A stretch of DNA of 59,006 nucleotides from a virus, in the IMG/VR virus record IMGVR_UViG_3300025770_000022, positions 1-59,006 of that record; one strand, 5' to 3'. The notes beneath the pieces are model-generated. The model searched no databases, was not told the origin of the DNA, and saw only the letters and a list, made by a program, of their open reading frames with translations. Positions 38,863 through 48,490 of the stretch are shown here, piece after piece (within the stretch, counting starts at the first letter, position 1; every line of letters starts with the position of its first letter). A program made the translations under genes and the position numbers.

Positions 38863-41800
38863 ATGGCAGGCGCTGACACATTAATGAAAATGATGGCTAC
38901 TTATAAACTTATAGGTGACCAGAAAGAAAATCTCAAGAAGCAAAAAGATAAAGTTGCTGGCGCTTTGGGAATGGGCAGTGCTACTGCACGAGCCGATAGG
39001 TTGCGAGGCAAGATAAAGAAGAAAGCGGATGATAAGAAACGTAAAGAAGATAAGATAGCCGCTACTGCTAGAGATGAAGCATTCCTTCGTATGCACTCAG
39101 ACGGATGGCAAGCCGCTCTTGATTCAATTAGAGGATTTAAGGCTGGGGCTACTGAGCAAGAGGAAACAGAGGCTACCGCTACAAACGATAAGATGGTATC
39201 CGATGCTGAGAAAGCCCAGAAGTCAAAGAGGAAAAAGACTGGCGGTCGTCAAAAAGGTACTCCAAATAAAGTCAAAATGAATGCACCTGCAGGAGATGAT
39301 GGTTCTCCTAGTCCTACAGCAGAGGGCAACAACCCTATATCTGGTGTCATTAATGGCGATAGTATGTCAGTCACAAGTCCTGCTCTACAAGAGTTGCTAG
39401 AGATTGAACAAGCAGAATTAGAGTTAGATGAACGCCGAGAAATGCGAGAAATTAAAGCGGAAAGGCGTGCATTAGAAGACCGTAGAGATAAAAAGGGTGG
39501 TGCTCTTTTAGGTAAGGTGAAAAGTTCACCCACTCTAATGAAAGAAGGTAAAGGCTTTATGAGTATGCTTGGAAGCGTACTCGCTGGACCTTTTGGAAGA
39601 ATTGCATTGGCAATTGGCGGTGTTTCAACTGGGCTTACGTTATTGAAGACTGTACTTAATAAGATACCTGGCGTCAATATGAAAATTGACCCTAAAGATG
39701 CTGAAAAATTGAAAGTTAAGGAAGCCGAGAAAGCACGCCTTAAGCAAGCCAAGATAGATGAGGCTAAAGCAAAGGCTGCCAAAATAGAAGCAGACGCAAA
39801 AGCAAAGGCTGCCGCACTAGAAAAACAACGCCTTGCGGATGAAGCAAAAGCAAGGAAAGTAACTGCTAATAAAATTGAAGCAGAGAGAGTTAAGGCTGAG
39901 AAATTACGTATTGCGGATGCAGAAGCAAAATCAAAGGCTCTTAAATTAGAGCAAGAGGCTAAAGCAAAGTTGGCTGCCCAAGCAGAAGCAGAGGCTAAAG
40001 TCAAAAAAGCAACCGCGGCTAGACTTGAAGCAGAGAGAGTTAAGGCTCAGAAATTGGCCATTGCGGATGCAGAAGCAAAAGCGAAGGCTGTTAGATTACA
40101 AGAAGCGGAGATAAAGAGAAACCTAAAACTTGAGAAAGCCGCAAAACTAGAGTTGAAAGTTAAAGCAGAAGCGGCCGCTCAAGCAAAACTTGATGCTAAA
40201 AATGCCAAGTTAATTTCAGACCAAAAGGCTAAACTCCAATTAGAGTCTAAAAAAATATCGACTCCAAAGTTGAATAGTGTCCCGCAGAAGATACCAGGTG
40301 CTACTCCCTTATTATCTCAAAATGCTCAACAATTGGCTACTAAGGGTGTTACACCCGCTAGGACTCTGTTACCAAATTTATCAGGGACTCGCCTTGCAAA
40401 TTCATCTTTAGGAAAAGCAACATCAGATATGACTGGTAAAGCAGTGAGTGCCTTGGCGAACAAAACACCAGACATCGTAAAAACTACTGCGACAACGGCT
40501 CTCAAAGGTGCGGCAACAGTTGCAACTAAATTGGCAGTTCCTTTGACTGTTCTCGCAACTGCATATGAAGGCTTTAAAACAGAGGACGATGATACATTAA
40601 ATCGTGACGAAAAGAATGCTAAACACGTTGGAACAGCAGGGGCAGTTTCAATGGCTCTAGCAGGAGCCGCTGTTGGTTCAGTTGTTCCAGTAGTTGGAAC
40701 TCTACTCGGCGGACTTGCCGGTGGAGCAATCGGCTACTTTATGGGAAAATATGGTGGCGAGAAATTAGGGGAAGAGTTATTCCTTGACGGTAAAGAAATT
40801 GGTGACCCATCACTAGAAAAGTCTGCATCTGAAGGCGGTAAAGGTGGAGAGACTAAAGCAGAAATGGATATGGTTTTGGCCAAGCAAGCCCAAAATGCTG
40901 GTGCAGTAGACATTGGATGGGGTGATGCAGATATCGATGACTTAGAAAAGTTAAAAGATTTAACTACAGAACAAGTTCAGGCTCTTCTTGACGTAGAGAC
41001 TTGGTCCAAAGCAGATGAAGAAATGCTGAAGAAAGTTCTTGATGCCAAGAAAAATGGACTAACAATAACGCACGATGATGGAGGTTGGTTTGGTAAAGAA
41101 TCTCTTGAATTTGGTAAGCCTGGAGCACCCACAGCCAATAAAGAAAAAGAAAAAGTAAATAACAACCCTCATAATCTTCAAGCGACTAGTTTCTCTGCAA
41201 TGAAATTGGCACAGAATGACAAAGAAACCTATGATAAATTCAGAGAATATAAAAAATCACAAGAGATGAAACATAGAGAGGGATATAAGGCAGCAGGCCA
41301 GAAAGATAATAGAGGCACTAGGCGAAGGGCAGAAATGAGGGCAAATCAAGATGCCATAAAGATGTTCAGTGCGGAAATTTTGCAGGCTGGTGCTGGCAAG
41401 TTTGTAGATAAGACGACTGGTCAGTCAGTGACCGCAGAGATGCTAGAAGGAAGAATTGCAGATAAGAAACTTCAAGATGAATCCGCAAACGCTATGTTAA
41501 CGGAAGGCAGTATCTTTACTCACGATACACATCTAGAGAAAATCCTCAATGGTGAAGGGGATAAAGATTCTATATTCAATGGCAAGAAAAATTTCACTGT
41601 ACAGAGTGTATCATCACCCTCAATGAAACCGAGGGAAAATTTAGATAAAGCGAAAGATTTGAAAGGAGCAGATACTTCTGTAAATGCGAATCAACTCGAA
41701 TCGGCATTAGTCACTAGGGCAATGCAAGATGATAAGAATGCTAATCGAACGGCTAGTCAAATGACAAACGTAGTAAATCAACCTAACAATAGCGTCACTA

Positions 41801-41889
41801 ATACTAACGTACATCAAGCGGGTTCCACCGCTCACGCACCACAGACCCCGGCTGGAATAGGTCATATGGGAGTAGGCTCAAGAGGATAA
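38863..41889 (+). CDS. Probable tape measure protein (gp29-like), 1008 aa
   Basis: Follows gp26/gp51; long Ala/Lys/Glu coiled coil; GALAGAAVGSVVPVVGTLLGGLAGGAIG glycine zipper; C-terminal VVNQPNNSVTN. Confidence 0.75.
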   Translation: MAGADTLMKMMATYKLIGDQKENLKKQKDKVAGALGMGSATARADRLRGKIKKKADDKKRKEDKIAATARDEAFLRMHSDGWQAALDSIRGFKAGATEQEETEATATNDKMVSDAEKAQKSKRKKTGGRQKGTPNKVKMNAPAGDDGSPSPTAEGNNPISGVINGDSMSVTSPALQELLEIEQAELELDERREMREIKAERRALEDRRDKKGGALLGKVKSSPTLMKEGKGFMSMLGSVLAGPFGRIALAIGGVSTGLTLLKTVLNKIPGVNMKIDPKDAEKLKVKEAEKARLKQAKIDEAKAKAAKIEADAKAKAAALEKQRLADEAKARKVTANKIEAERVKAEKLRIADAEAKSKALKLEQEAKAKLAAQAEAEAKVKKATAARLEAERVKAQKLAIADAEAKAKAVRLQEAEIKRNLKLEKAAKLELKVKAEAAAQAKLDAKNAKLISDQKAKLQLESKKISTPKLNSVPQKIPGATPLLSQNAQQLATKGVTPARTLLPNLSGTRLANSSLGKATSDMTGKAVSALANKTPDIVKTTATTALKGAATVATKLAVPLTVLATAYEGFKTEDDDTLNRDEKNAKHVGTAGAVSMALAGAAVGSVVPVVGTLLGGLAGGAIGYFMGKYGGEKLGEELFLDGKEIGDPSLEKSASEGGKGGETKAEMDMVLAKQAQNAGAVDIGWGDADIDDLEKLKDLTTEQVQALLDVETWSKADEEMLKKVLDAKKNGLTITHDDGGWFGKESLEFGKPGAPTANKEKEKVNNNPHNLQATSFSAMKLAQNDKETYDKFREYKKSQEMKHREGYKAAGQKDNRGTRRRAEMRANQDAIKMFSAEILQAGAGKFVDKTTGQSVTAEMLEGRIADKKLQDESANAMLTEGSIFTHDTHLEKILNGEGDKDSIFNGKKNFTVQSVSSPSMKPRENLDKAKDLKGADTSVNANQLESALVTRAMQDDKNANRTASQMTNVVNQPNNSVTNTNVHQAGSTAHAPQTPAGIGHMGVGSRG

Positions 41890-41904
41890 AATAAGGATTT
41901 TTAA

Positions 41905-42195
41905 ATGCAATATGAACAAATAGCGGGTCTAGTTGAAAAACTAGGTATTCCGATTGTTGGTTTATTATTTGTTGGGTGGGGTTTTTGGAAGATTATAAAA
42001 TGGTTACAAGTATCACTAACAGGAAAAATAGATAATCAGACAAATATTATTATACAGTTGATAGATAGAATAAGGGTACTCCAGACGGATATCCTGAAAC
42101 TAGATACGATGATACGGACAAAATATGGTCTGGATGTTGATGAAGAGCGGATTGAACGCAAAAACGACCCGAAATACAAAGACAAGATTAAATAA
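41905..42195 (+). CDS. Small single-TM protein with C-terminal coiled coil
   Basis: LGIPIVGLLFVGWGFWKII hydrophobic helix; clean 96-aa ORF. Confidence 0.7.
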   Translation: MQYEQIAGLVEKLGIPIVGLLFVGWGFWKIIKWLQVSLTGKIDNQTNIIIQLIDRIRVLQTDILKLDTMIRTKYGLDVDEERIERKNDPKYKDKIK

Positions 42196-42242
42196 GTCAT
42201 AAATAGTAATAGAATTCAATAATATAATTTAGGAACATTAAT

Positions 42243-43106
42243 ATGGAAAATCTAGAAGAAGTAGTAACGAATGCTAACATCGGCACTGCCGATTTTAGTT
42301 TTAATTCACTAATAAACGCATTTGAAGAATTACCCACTATCTCACTATTGAGAGCAGTGGCGGCAGTTGTTCCTATGAAAATGAGTACAGGTCAAATCAT
42401 CAATCTCAAGCGAAATGCGGCAACGAATTCGTTTGAAACGGTGGTCTCGACTATGACGATAAACACTGCAACGACTAATCCAATACAGTCTGGACTCTCG
42501 ATGGAAGCAATGCGAGATTTGACGAATCAGTATGGGCTAGACGGATATAAAATTGCGGCGAATCTACTCAAGGGAATTACAGACAAAGAAGAGAATGATG
42601 ATTTTCTGGCATTCCTGGCAGCCAATTCACTAGCAACTCCAGTATTGACATTGACCGATGCTGGCAATGCCGAACTGAATTTGTTTGAAGTCACTCAGCG
42701 GGTTCAAGAACTTGTCATTAAGATGAACACTCCATCGTTTAGGACATATGATGCTTTTGTTATACTTCCGTATAAGCAATTAGCGGCTATATCAGCACTA
42801 AGCAAATACACAGGTGGCGATGAAGATAATGCAGACCGATTGATTGTTAACAAGTTGGGTAAAACGAAATACTATGTCAACCCAGACCCTGCGGCTGTAG
42901 AGGCTTACGTTGGACTAGCAGATGATGACAAAAAATCAATGGGTGCATCTTCAGTGATTATGGGTACTTTCCCACAAGAAATATTGAAGAGTGGCTTTGT
43001 TGAATCATTTCAAGGTAATATTGGTATCTTAAATCGTTATGCTACTGCGGTTAATCCGTTGAGTGTAGCCGGTGCTGAGATGTTAGTATCATTCGTAATA
43101 GCATAA
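42243..43106 (+). CDS. Capsid-fold paralog (gp23/gp24-like, possible vertex protein)
   Basis: VVPMKMSTGQI resembles VQPMTGPTGLI; GLSMEAMRDLTNQYGLD resembles YSxELAQDLKAxHGLD; SFQGNIGILNRYATAVNP resembles FQPKIGFKTRYGxxxNP of gp23. Confidence 0.7.
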   Translation: MENLEEVVTNANIGTADFSFNSLINAFEELPTISLLRAVAAVVPMKMSTGQIINLKRNAATNSFETVVSTMTINTATTNPIQSGLSMEAMRDLTNQYGLDGYKIAANLLKGITDKEENDDFLAFLAANSLATPVLTLTDAGNAELNLFEVTQRVQELVIKMNTPSFRTYDAFVILPYKQLAAISALSKYTGGDEDNADRLIVNKLGKTKYYVNPDPAAVEAYVGLADDDKKSMGASSVIMGTFPQEILKSGFVESFQGNIGILNRYATAVNPLSVAGAEMLVSFVIA

Positions 43107-43110
43107 ACAA

Positions 43111-43140
43111 AAAAAGGGAGCCCGTAAAGGCTCCCTTTAA
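43111..43140 (-). terminator. Rho-independent terminator between convergent genes
   Basis: aaagggagcc-cgtaaa-ggctcccttt perfect 10-bp stem with a long U-tract on the minus strand. Confidence 0.85.
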
Positions 43141-43157
43141 AACAACATCCTGATGGA

Positions 43158-44063
43158 TTATGCTTCGGCTAGTTTGCTGAAGTAACTCATCGTGTCATCC
43201 TCTTCCACTTTATCAGTATTAGAGTCACCGTCTGTCCAAGGTGCTTCAGAGGCAATCTCTGAGACCTTAGTTACAGGTGCTGATACTGATTCCGCAGTAA
43301 ACGAATCATCCGACTCAGAACCACTTCCAATTACTCGGAAGAACTTCTTCTTCAACTCATCATATGATTTGAACTTATCTTCAGTAATCTCCGCTTCCAA
43401 AGAATACAGACCGTTATACAACGTCTCCATTTCTTCTTCACTTTCTAACCACTGAGATGGTTCTTCAAAACCAGACTTGTCATACTTCACAAAGCCATCT
43501 GCTTTACGAGCCTTCAATTTGAAGTTCGCTCCGCTGAATAGATTGAAGACGTTGACCGGGGTCTCATCATCAAACTCAGGCGCACCTGCGGCTTGTATCA
43601 TATCAAAAATAGACTTACCATATTTGAAGAGAAATACTTTCCCTTCATTTTCTGGATGGGCGGAATCACTAACAACATAGATGTTAGAGATATACTGAAG
43701 CCTACGCTTCCTATCTCGTGCAATCTGTTTGTTAGAGTCGATACCTGAATTCCACAACTCAGAATTGGCTTCAGAAATCGGGTCCTGTTTACCAATAGTT
43801 GTGAGAGAATTCTCGATATACCATCCACCTTTACCTTTGAAACCGTGAGAATAAATTTTCACGAATGGAAAATCTTCTTCTGCTGGTGCATCAAGGAAGC
43901 GAATGATTGCGTAACCATTGCTTGACTTGTCACGTTCCAACTTCCAGTATCGGTCGTCTACATAACTTGCCTTCGAACCGCCACCAGCGGCTGAAAGTTT
44001 GTCCATCATTGATTCTACGTCTTTTTTAGACTTAGAACGCTTTTTAAGAGCGGCAAAACTCAT
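43158..44063 (-). CDS. gp32: Single-stranded DNA-binding protein
   Basis: DDRYWKLERDKSSNGYAIIRFL..HGFKGKGGWYIENSLTT..ENEGKVFLFKYGKSIF..GANFKLK. Confidence 0.95.
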   Translation of the reverse strand: MSFAALKKRSKSKKDVESMMDKLSAAGGGSKASYVDDRYWKLERDKSSNGYAIIRFLDAPAEEDFPFVKIYSHGFKGKGGWYIENSLTTIGKQDPISEANSELWNSGIDSNKQIARDRKRRLQYISNIYVVSDSAHPENEGKVFLFKYGKSIFDMIQAAGAPEFDDETPVNVFNLFSGANFKLKARKADGFVKYDKSGFEEPSQWLESEEEMETLYNGLYSLEAEITEDKFKSYDELKKKFFRVIGSGSESDDSFTAESVSAPVTKVSEIASEAPWTDGDSNTDKVEEDDTMSYFSKLAEA

Positions 44064-44134
44064 ATTGTTTCTCCTGTTTTATATTAGATTTTAGGGTTAC
44101 CATTATTGGCACTACCTGCTTTTGAAACGATTGA

Positions 44135-44434
44135 CTAGTTAAGATTTTTAACTAATTCAGGACCTTTAGAAACTTCCACTTTCGGCTCTTTGGCTTTCGG
44201 CGCTTTCTCTTTAGGACCATCTACTGGGTCGGGTGCTTCATCCCCATCCATAACGGCTTTAATCGCTTGAGCAAATCCTGCTCGTGCCATTTCAAGTCGC
44301 TGAACCTCTTTGTCGATTGAAACTAAATGTTCAATTGCAATCTTGGCCACAGTTGGCAAAGTCTCAACATCATATTCACTTCCATCAATACGTACAGTGT
44401 TTTTCTGTACGACTTTTGCTTCATCTTCACTCAT
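44135..44434 (-). CDS. Hypothetical protein
   Basis: 99-aa ORF with AGGAG RBS; VRIDGSEYDVETL followed by an amphipathic helix. Confidence 0.7.
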   Translation of the reverse strand: MSEDEAKVVQKNTVRIDGSEYDVETLPTVAKIAIEHLVSIDKEVQRLEMARAGFAQAIKAVMDGDEAPDPVDGPKEKAPKAKEPKVEVSKGPELVKNLN

Positions 44435-44456
44435 TCATTATCTCCTTCAAGATTGA

Positions 44457-44672
44457 TTAGTTAATAACATCAGGCTTCGGCCTAATTTCTCTTTCGAGTT
44501 CCATTGCTAGAGCATACATAGACTCTATTTTGTGATGTATCCCGATAATTCGATTAGGATACTCACGTTGCAATTTATTTATGTCGTGAACTTCTTTACA
44601 GTCACCGATTAGAGCAAATAGTTTCACTACTATCTCCTCATCTGTATGAATTGCTCCGATACTCAAGTACAC
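44457..44672 (-). CDS. Hypothetical protein
   Basis: 71-aa ORF with AGGAG RBS, downstream of a sigma70 promoter. Confidence 0.6.
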   Translation of the reverse strand: MYLSIGAIHTDEEIVVKLFALIGDCKEVHDINKLQREYPNRIIGIHHKIESMYALAMELEREIRPKPDVIN

Positions 44673-44704
44673 TTCTCCTTTCGATTCAGTTCATCTTAAG
44701 GTAT

Positions 44705-44733
44705 ATTATACATCATACCTAACCCTTTGTCAA
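44705..44733 (-). promoter_or_regulatory. sigma70-type early promoter TTGACA-N17-TATAAT
   Basis: Exact consensus hexamers; the -35 lies in the last codons of thyX. Confidence 0.8.
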
Positions 44734-45705
44734 GCACTTTTTTACACTTTCCGCATATTTTCTCACTTCATACTGAGCGTGAGGGTCTTGTCGTAATTCA
44801 ATCAGCCGTCTATAGGCATCGATTGATGCGGTTTCTACGAACTCTGTATACATCGACTGAGGTAGAACTGAACGTGCCTGTTCAGGACATATGTTCTCTT
44901 CTTCCATTAACTCTGTATATTTAGATGTAATGGTTTCAGTTGCATTGGCAATCCACCCTTGCATATCACCAGAGTGTCGATGCACTTCATCAGAAGAACC
45001 TTGTTTGACAGATGGCGCCTGGAGTCTCCATTCATTTGGAATGAAGAATTCAGGTGCATCTGAGACATACCGTCTACTTACTTCGTTTCGAGTAAATCCA
45101 ACTTGGTGCTTATACCACTGCCTAGCAATAAAGATAGGCATTTTGATTCTAAACTGTGCTACTTTAAGTCGTTGAGGATTCCATCCAAGACCAGCATACA
45201 AATTCTGCTTATCCCACCATTCATTGGTTGGGTCTGCCAGCATATGAGTCCAATCATCAACAAAGAATGGGTTTGACCCCGATGTCGGTGCACTTTTAAT
45301 ACCAAATGCACTCAAACTCAATGGGTTATTTTCCCACATCGAGTCAGTAATAATGTTGTGCTTTACAAAGGCGTAGAGAGAACCCCGTTCGTAAAATCGC
45401 ACACCACCATCTCCCATACTAATCACCGAACGAACAAATTGCTCATCGGCAGACTTGGCACACCACACAACATAATCTTGAACCGTCATCTTACGTTCCA
45501 GCATATACTGAGCGTGAGAAAATGGTGTCCAATGTTGGTGCTTGGCCAGATAATTAATTAGTCCAGTGTCTTTAGGTTGAACTTCCTTATGGAGTTTACT
45601 CATCGACACTCTAGCCGCATTAACTACTTGCAGGTCAGAGGGTGCGATAGGCAGACGTTCAACAGATGATACGCCATCTCCAAGAGGGTCTAGTTTAAGA
45701 GCCAT
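44719..45705 (-). CDS. thyX: Flavin-dependent thymidylate synthase with an internal insertion
   Basis: VVNAARVS..YLAKHQHWTPFSH..FRIKMPIFIARQWYKHQVGFTRNEVSRRYV..EQARSVLPQSMYT..HAQYEVR; start set at ATG 45705. Confidence 0.92.
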   Translation of the reverse strand: MALKLDPLGDGVSSVERLPIAPSDLQVVNAARVSMSKLHKEVQPKDTGLINYLAKHQHWTPFSHAQYMLERKMTVQDYVVWCAKSADEQFVRSVISMGDGGVRFYERGSLYAFVKHNIITDSMWENNPLSLSAFGIKSAPTSGSNPFFVDDWTHMLADPTNEWWDKQNLYAGLGWNPQRLKVAQFRIKMPIFIARQWYKHQVGFTRNEVSRRYVSDAPEFFIPNEWRLQAPSVKQGSSDEVHRHSGDMQGWIANATETITSKYTELMEEENICPEQARSVLPQSMYTEFVETASIDAYRRLIELRQDPHAQYEVRKYAESVKKCLTKG

Positions 45706-45940
45706 TAAAGGTTTCCTGTAGTAAGGTTTTAGTTCCTTCAGAAGCATTCAGCATATCAATAAGCATTTGATAGTCATCTTTCGCATCCGTCTGAGTCCCG
45801 TAAGACAAAGTGGTTTCTACTTGAACACTATCTAGCATATAGTTAATGCCGATTCGATGGTCTCCTGTGTATTTGAGACCAGTGAGTTTAATCTTTGACA
45901 GATTAATTTCAGTGCGGTCGCTATCGTTCATTTTGGGCAT
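45695..45940 (-). CDS. Hypothetical protein
   Basis: 81-aa ORF overlapping the gp59 end and thyX start. Confidence 0.55.
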   Translation of the reverse strand: MPKMNDSDRTEINLSKIKLTGLKYTGDHRIGINYMLDSVQVETTLSYGTQTDAKDDYQMLIDMLNASEGTKTLLQETFNGS

Positions 45941-46553
45941 TTAAAAATACTCCTTTCATAATGTTTTCATAATGTGTAGTATCAGTCAACTTGAGGAAGT
46001 CACCATATCTGTCATATCTGTATTGTTCAGTCGGGAAGATATAAGAGTCAATTATTTTCTTGGCAATTCTTTTGCTGAACTTCAGCACCGAATCCATTAT
46101 AATATAACTTTCCACTTCAATCATCCTTTGTTGAACAAATCTGAATATAACAGGATGCTCACCATCCTCTACATCAAACAATCTATCGAATCCTAAACCA
46201 CGAGCGATTAAGAACTCATTCACTTCTTTCAAGTCTTCTTCAAATATGTAAGAAAGGGATTGAACTCTTTTCTTCCAATTGAAGTAGACATCTTCACTTT
46301 CCTTGCTATGTAAATCTCCAATCCATACTGCATCACTCCCGTGATATGCGAAATTGGCTACAAAATACTGTAGCAAATCTTTCTTTTGCTTGTTCCCTAA
46401 TGCTTCAAAAAAGAACTTATCGTTTCGCCGTTCGTATGTCGAAACATTTAAACTTCTCATTTTTCCATTATACTTAACGTAATTATAATCGTTTTGTATA
46501 CTGAAATGTTGCTTTAGGGAAACATACAATTTATATGCTTCAAATCCTGTCAC
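45921..46553 (-). CDS. gp59: Helicase loader
   Basis: MTGFEAYKLYVSLKQHF..YNYVKYNGK..YERRNDKFFF..YFVANF..WKKRVQSLSYIFEED. Confidence 0.9.
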   Translation of the reverse strand: MTGFEAYKLYVSLKQHFSIQNDYNYVKYNGKMRSLNVSTYERRNDKFFFEALGNKQKKDLLQYFVANFAYHGSDAVWIGDLHSKESEDVYFNWKKRVQSLSYIFEEDLKEVNEFLIARGLGFDRLFDVEDGEHPVIFRFVQQRMIEVESYIIMDSVLKFSKRIAKKIIDSYIFPTEQYRYDRYGDFLKLTDTTHYENIMKGVFLNAQNER

Positions 46554-46780
46554 AATGGTAATACGCTACCTGGTTCATCATCATCTTTTATTTGATTATT
46601 CTCTACTGCTTCCTTTGTAATCTTCAACTGAAATGCAGGAGATATCAACTTCGCAACTGCTTTTGGCTCTAACTGGTGTTCTACCATATACTCGACCATT
46701 GCATCAACATATGACACACCAACTTGCATCCTTTCTTCAATCAATAATTGAAATGCCTGTTGTTTATTCACTTTTCTCAT
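46550..46780 (-). CDS. gp33: Late-transcription co-activator
   Basis: FQLLIEE..VSYVDAMVEYMVEHQLEPKAVAKLISPAFQLKITKEAVENN..LPL; adjacent to gp59. Confidence 0.8.
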   Translation of the reverse strand: MRKVNKQQAFQLLIEERMQVGVSYVDAMVEYMVEHQLEPKAVAKLISPAFQLKITKEAVENNQIKDDDEPGSVLPL

Positions 46781-46799
46781 CCTTAAATTTTCCCTTCCC

Positions 46800-46997
46800 T
46801 TAACGGTCAAGTAATTCTTTGCACACATCCTCACGTTTGTCGAATGGCATCGATTCCCACTCTGCAATTTCTTCCAGTGTTCGCTTACAAGTCATACATT
46901 GTTTAAGAATATCATCCATCTTACAATTGGATGTTCCCCAACCAACGCACGGTGTTTGTGCTACACACTGGCTAATAAATTTGTCTCTACTACTCAT
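46800..46997 (-). CDS. DUF1289-like small Cys protein
   Basis: TPCVG..C..D..CMTCKRTLEEIAEW. Confidence 0.8.
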   Translation of the reverse strand: MSSRDKFISQCVAQTPCVGWGTSNCKMDDILKQCMTCKRTLEEIAEWESMPFDKREDVCKELLDR

Positions 46998-46998
46998 A

Positions 46999-47652
46999 TT
47001 AGGTCTCCAGTCTCTTTAATACTTTTTTAACAAGGACTCTAACAGTCATACTATTCCATCCGAAAGTATCAATATACTCACAGAAGATAGGACTCTCGTC
47101 TTGTCTAATTTTCTTATATTCTCTCATTCTGCTATAGGCACCCATATAGGTGTAATGGCACAATAAATCCAAAGCAACGTCATTCGCATAGGCATCGATT
47201 TCATCCGGGTCACTCAAGTAGACAATTCGCTTTTGCTCATCATCCATATGTTGGGTGAATATAGGCATAATATCTGTTCCGAGGCGTTGTGTTGCCTGCT
47301 CTCTATGAATCATTTCGTGTTCTAGGGTTTGCCTGACTTGGTGCTCCAAGAAGTCCCAGTCACTATTATTTATAGTGATTGTTTGGTCTTCAGAGTTTAA
47401 CACCAATACCAACTCGATATCTGTATCCTCTTCTTCTTCGAGGTCCTGAGAACAAAAATACCCATTGGCTGTGATTTGATTTTTACCAATTTCATTGCCA
47501 TATGGGTAGGTTGAAACTTCAATACCAAATTCAAGAAATTGCTCTTGAAAATACGCCTGATATTCGTCAGCAAATAGTGGTCGTCCTACACATTTTGTTT
47601 TTAGCAACTGCAACCTTCTCTTTACTTCACCTTCAGGCAGGTCATCTGTCAT
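46999..47652 (-). CDS. Hypothetical protein with HExxH metalloprotease-like motif
   Basis: TLEHEMIHREQ..YLSDPDEIDAYA; GAGG RBS before ATG 47652. Confidence 0.7.
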   Translation of the reverse strand: MTDDLPEGEVKRRLQLLKTKCVGRPLFADEYQAYFQEQFLEFGIEVSTYPYGNEIGKNQITANGYFCSQDLEEEEDTDIELVLVLNSEDQTITINNSDWDFLEHQVRQTLEHEMIHREQATQRLGTDIMPIFTQHMDDEQKRIVYLSDPDEIDAYANDVALDLLCHYTYMGAYSRMREYKKIRQDESPIFCEYIDTFGWNSMTVRVLVKKVLKRLET

Positions 47653-47686
47653 AAATTCAACCTCATTAGTTCGATTCATAGTGTAC

Positions 47687-47714
47687 ATTATACACGAGTT
47701 TTGAGGAATGTCAA
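47687..47714 (-). promoter_or_regulatory. sigma70-type early promoter TTGACA-N16-TATAAT
   Basis: Consensus hexamers upstream of the 47652 start. Confidence 0.75.
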
Positions 47715-47726
47715 GCAAAATATCTC

Positions 47727-48098
47727 CTACAGATATAAAGGGCCAGTCCAGCGAATCTGGTAGCCACCATCAAGAATGTTTCCACGGGGTTTGTTACGGG
47801 CAGGAGCATTATATCCTGCGGCTTTCAAAATGTCACCTTTGCGGAACATCTTGTCATCATCGACATTAACAACGAATCCCCAAACAGAATTCTGGGTCAT
47901 CACTTTAACGTACTTTTTGCCGACTTTGTAGTCGATTCCTTCGTTGAACTCACCAATCATTTTCTGATTGATTGAGCCAAGTTCACCAGCAGGTGATGAA
48001 CCCGAACTCTGCTTAGTCCAGCGATAATAGTCGGTTTTGATGTTTTCTACCAAGTCATTAACTTGGGGAGTCATATCGGCTTGAAGTTGGTTTGTCAT
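47727..48098 (-). CDS. Conserved early hypothetical protein of T4-like aquatic phages
   Basis: GKKYVKV..SVWGFV..KGDILKAAGYNAPARNKPRGNI..WTGPLYL. Confidence 0.8.
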   Translation of the reverse strand: MTNQLQADMTPQVNDLVENIKTDYYRWTKQSSGSSPAGELGSINQKMIGEFNEGIDYKVGKKYVKVMTQNSVWGFVVNVDDDKMFRKGDILKAAGYNAPARNKPRGNILDGGYQIRWTGPLYL

Positions 48099-48128
48099 AA
48101 TATATCCTCTTATTTAATTTATACGTAT

Positions 48129-48157
48129 ATTATAGCAAAGAATGAAGGGCTTGTCAA
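48129..48157 (-). promoter_or_regulatory. sigma70-type early promoter TTGACA-N17-TATAAT with upstream A-tract
   Basis: Exact consensus; AAAAAAGGG upstream. Confidence 0.85.
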
Positions 48158-48165
48158 CCCTTTTT

Positions 48166-48471
48166 TCATTTATTTTCACCTTTTTTATGACTTTTTATGA
48201 CCTCATTCCGTCCAGCCAGTTGGGCCATCACAATCGTATATTCTTCATCTGTCAGACAATAAATGGCTCCATCACAGGTACAACGTGAGAAGGGCACATC
48301 TACAGTCTCGATATATTCGACCTCAAGTGGGATGGCGCTTGGGTTCGTAAAGTTAGAAAACTTATCGTTTCCTGACGTTTCTTGACTCCAAAACGCAATC
48401 ATCCCAATCAGGAAAATCACAAAGAATAACGTGGCGTTACCCTTATCTGGGTCTTTTAAGAACTGTTTCAT
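48166..48471 (-). CDS. Hypothetical membrane-anchored protein
   Basis: N-terminal TM helix (LFFVIFLIGMIAFW); CTCDGAIYC. Confidence 0.65.
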   Translation of the reverse strand: MKQFLKDPDKGNATLFFVIFLIGMIAFWSQETSGNDKFSNFTNPSAIPLEVEYIETVDVPFSRCTCDGAIYCLTDEEYTIVMAQLAGRNEVIKSHKKGENK

Positions 48472-48490
48472 ATCTGCCTTATTTTAAGAT

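Noticed and set aside
39249-40004. 251-aa antisense Ala/Ser-rich ORF
   Set aside because: Mirror of the Ala/Lys/Glu repeat codons of the tape measure; no RBS or independent motif
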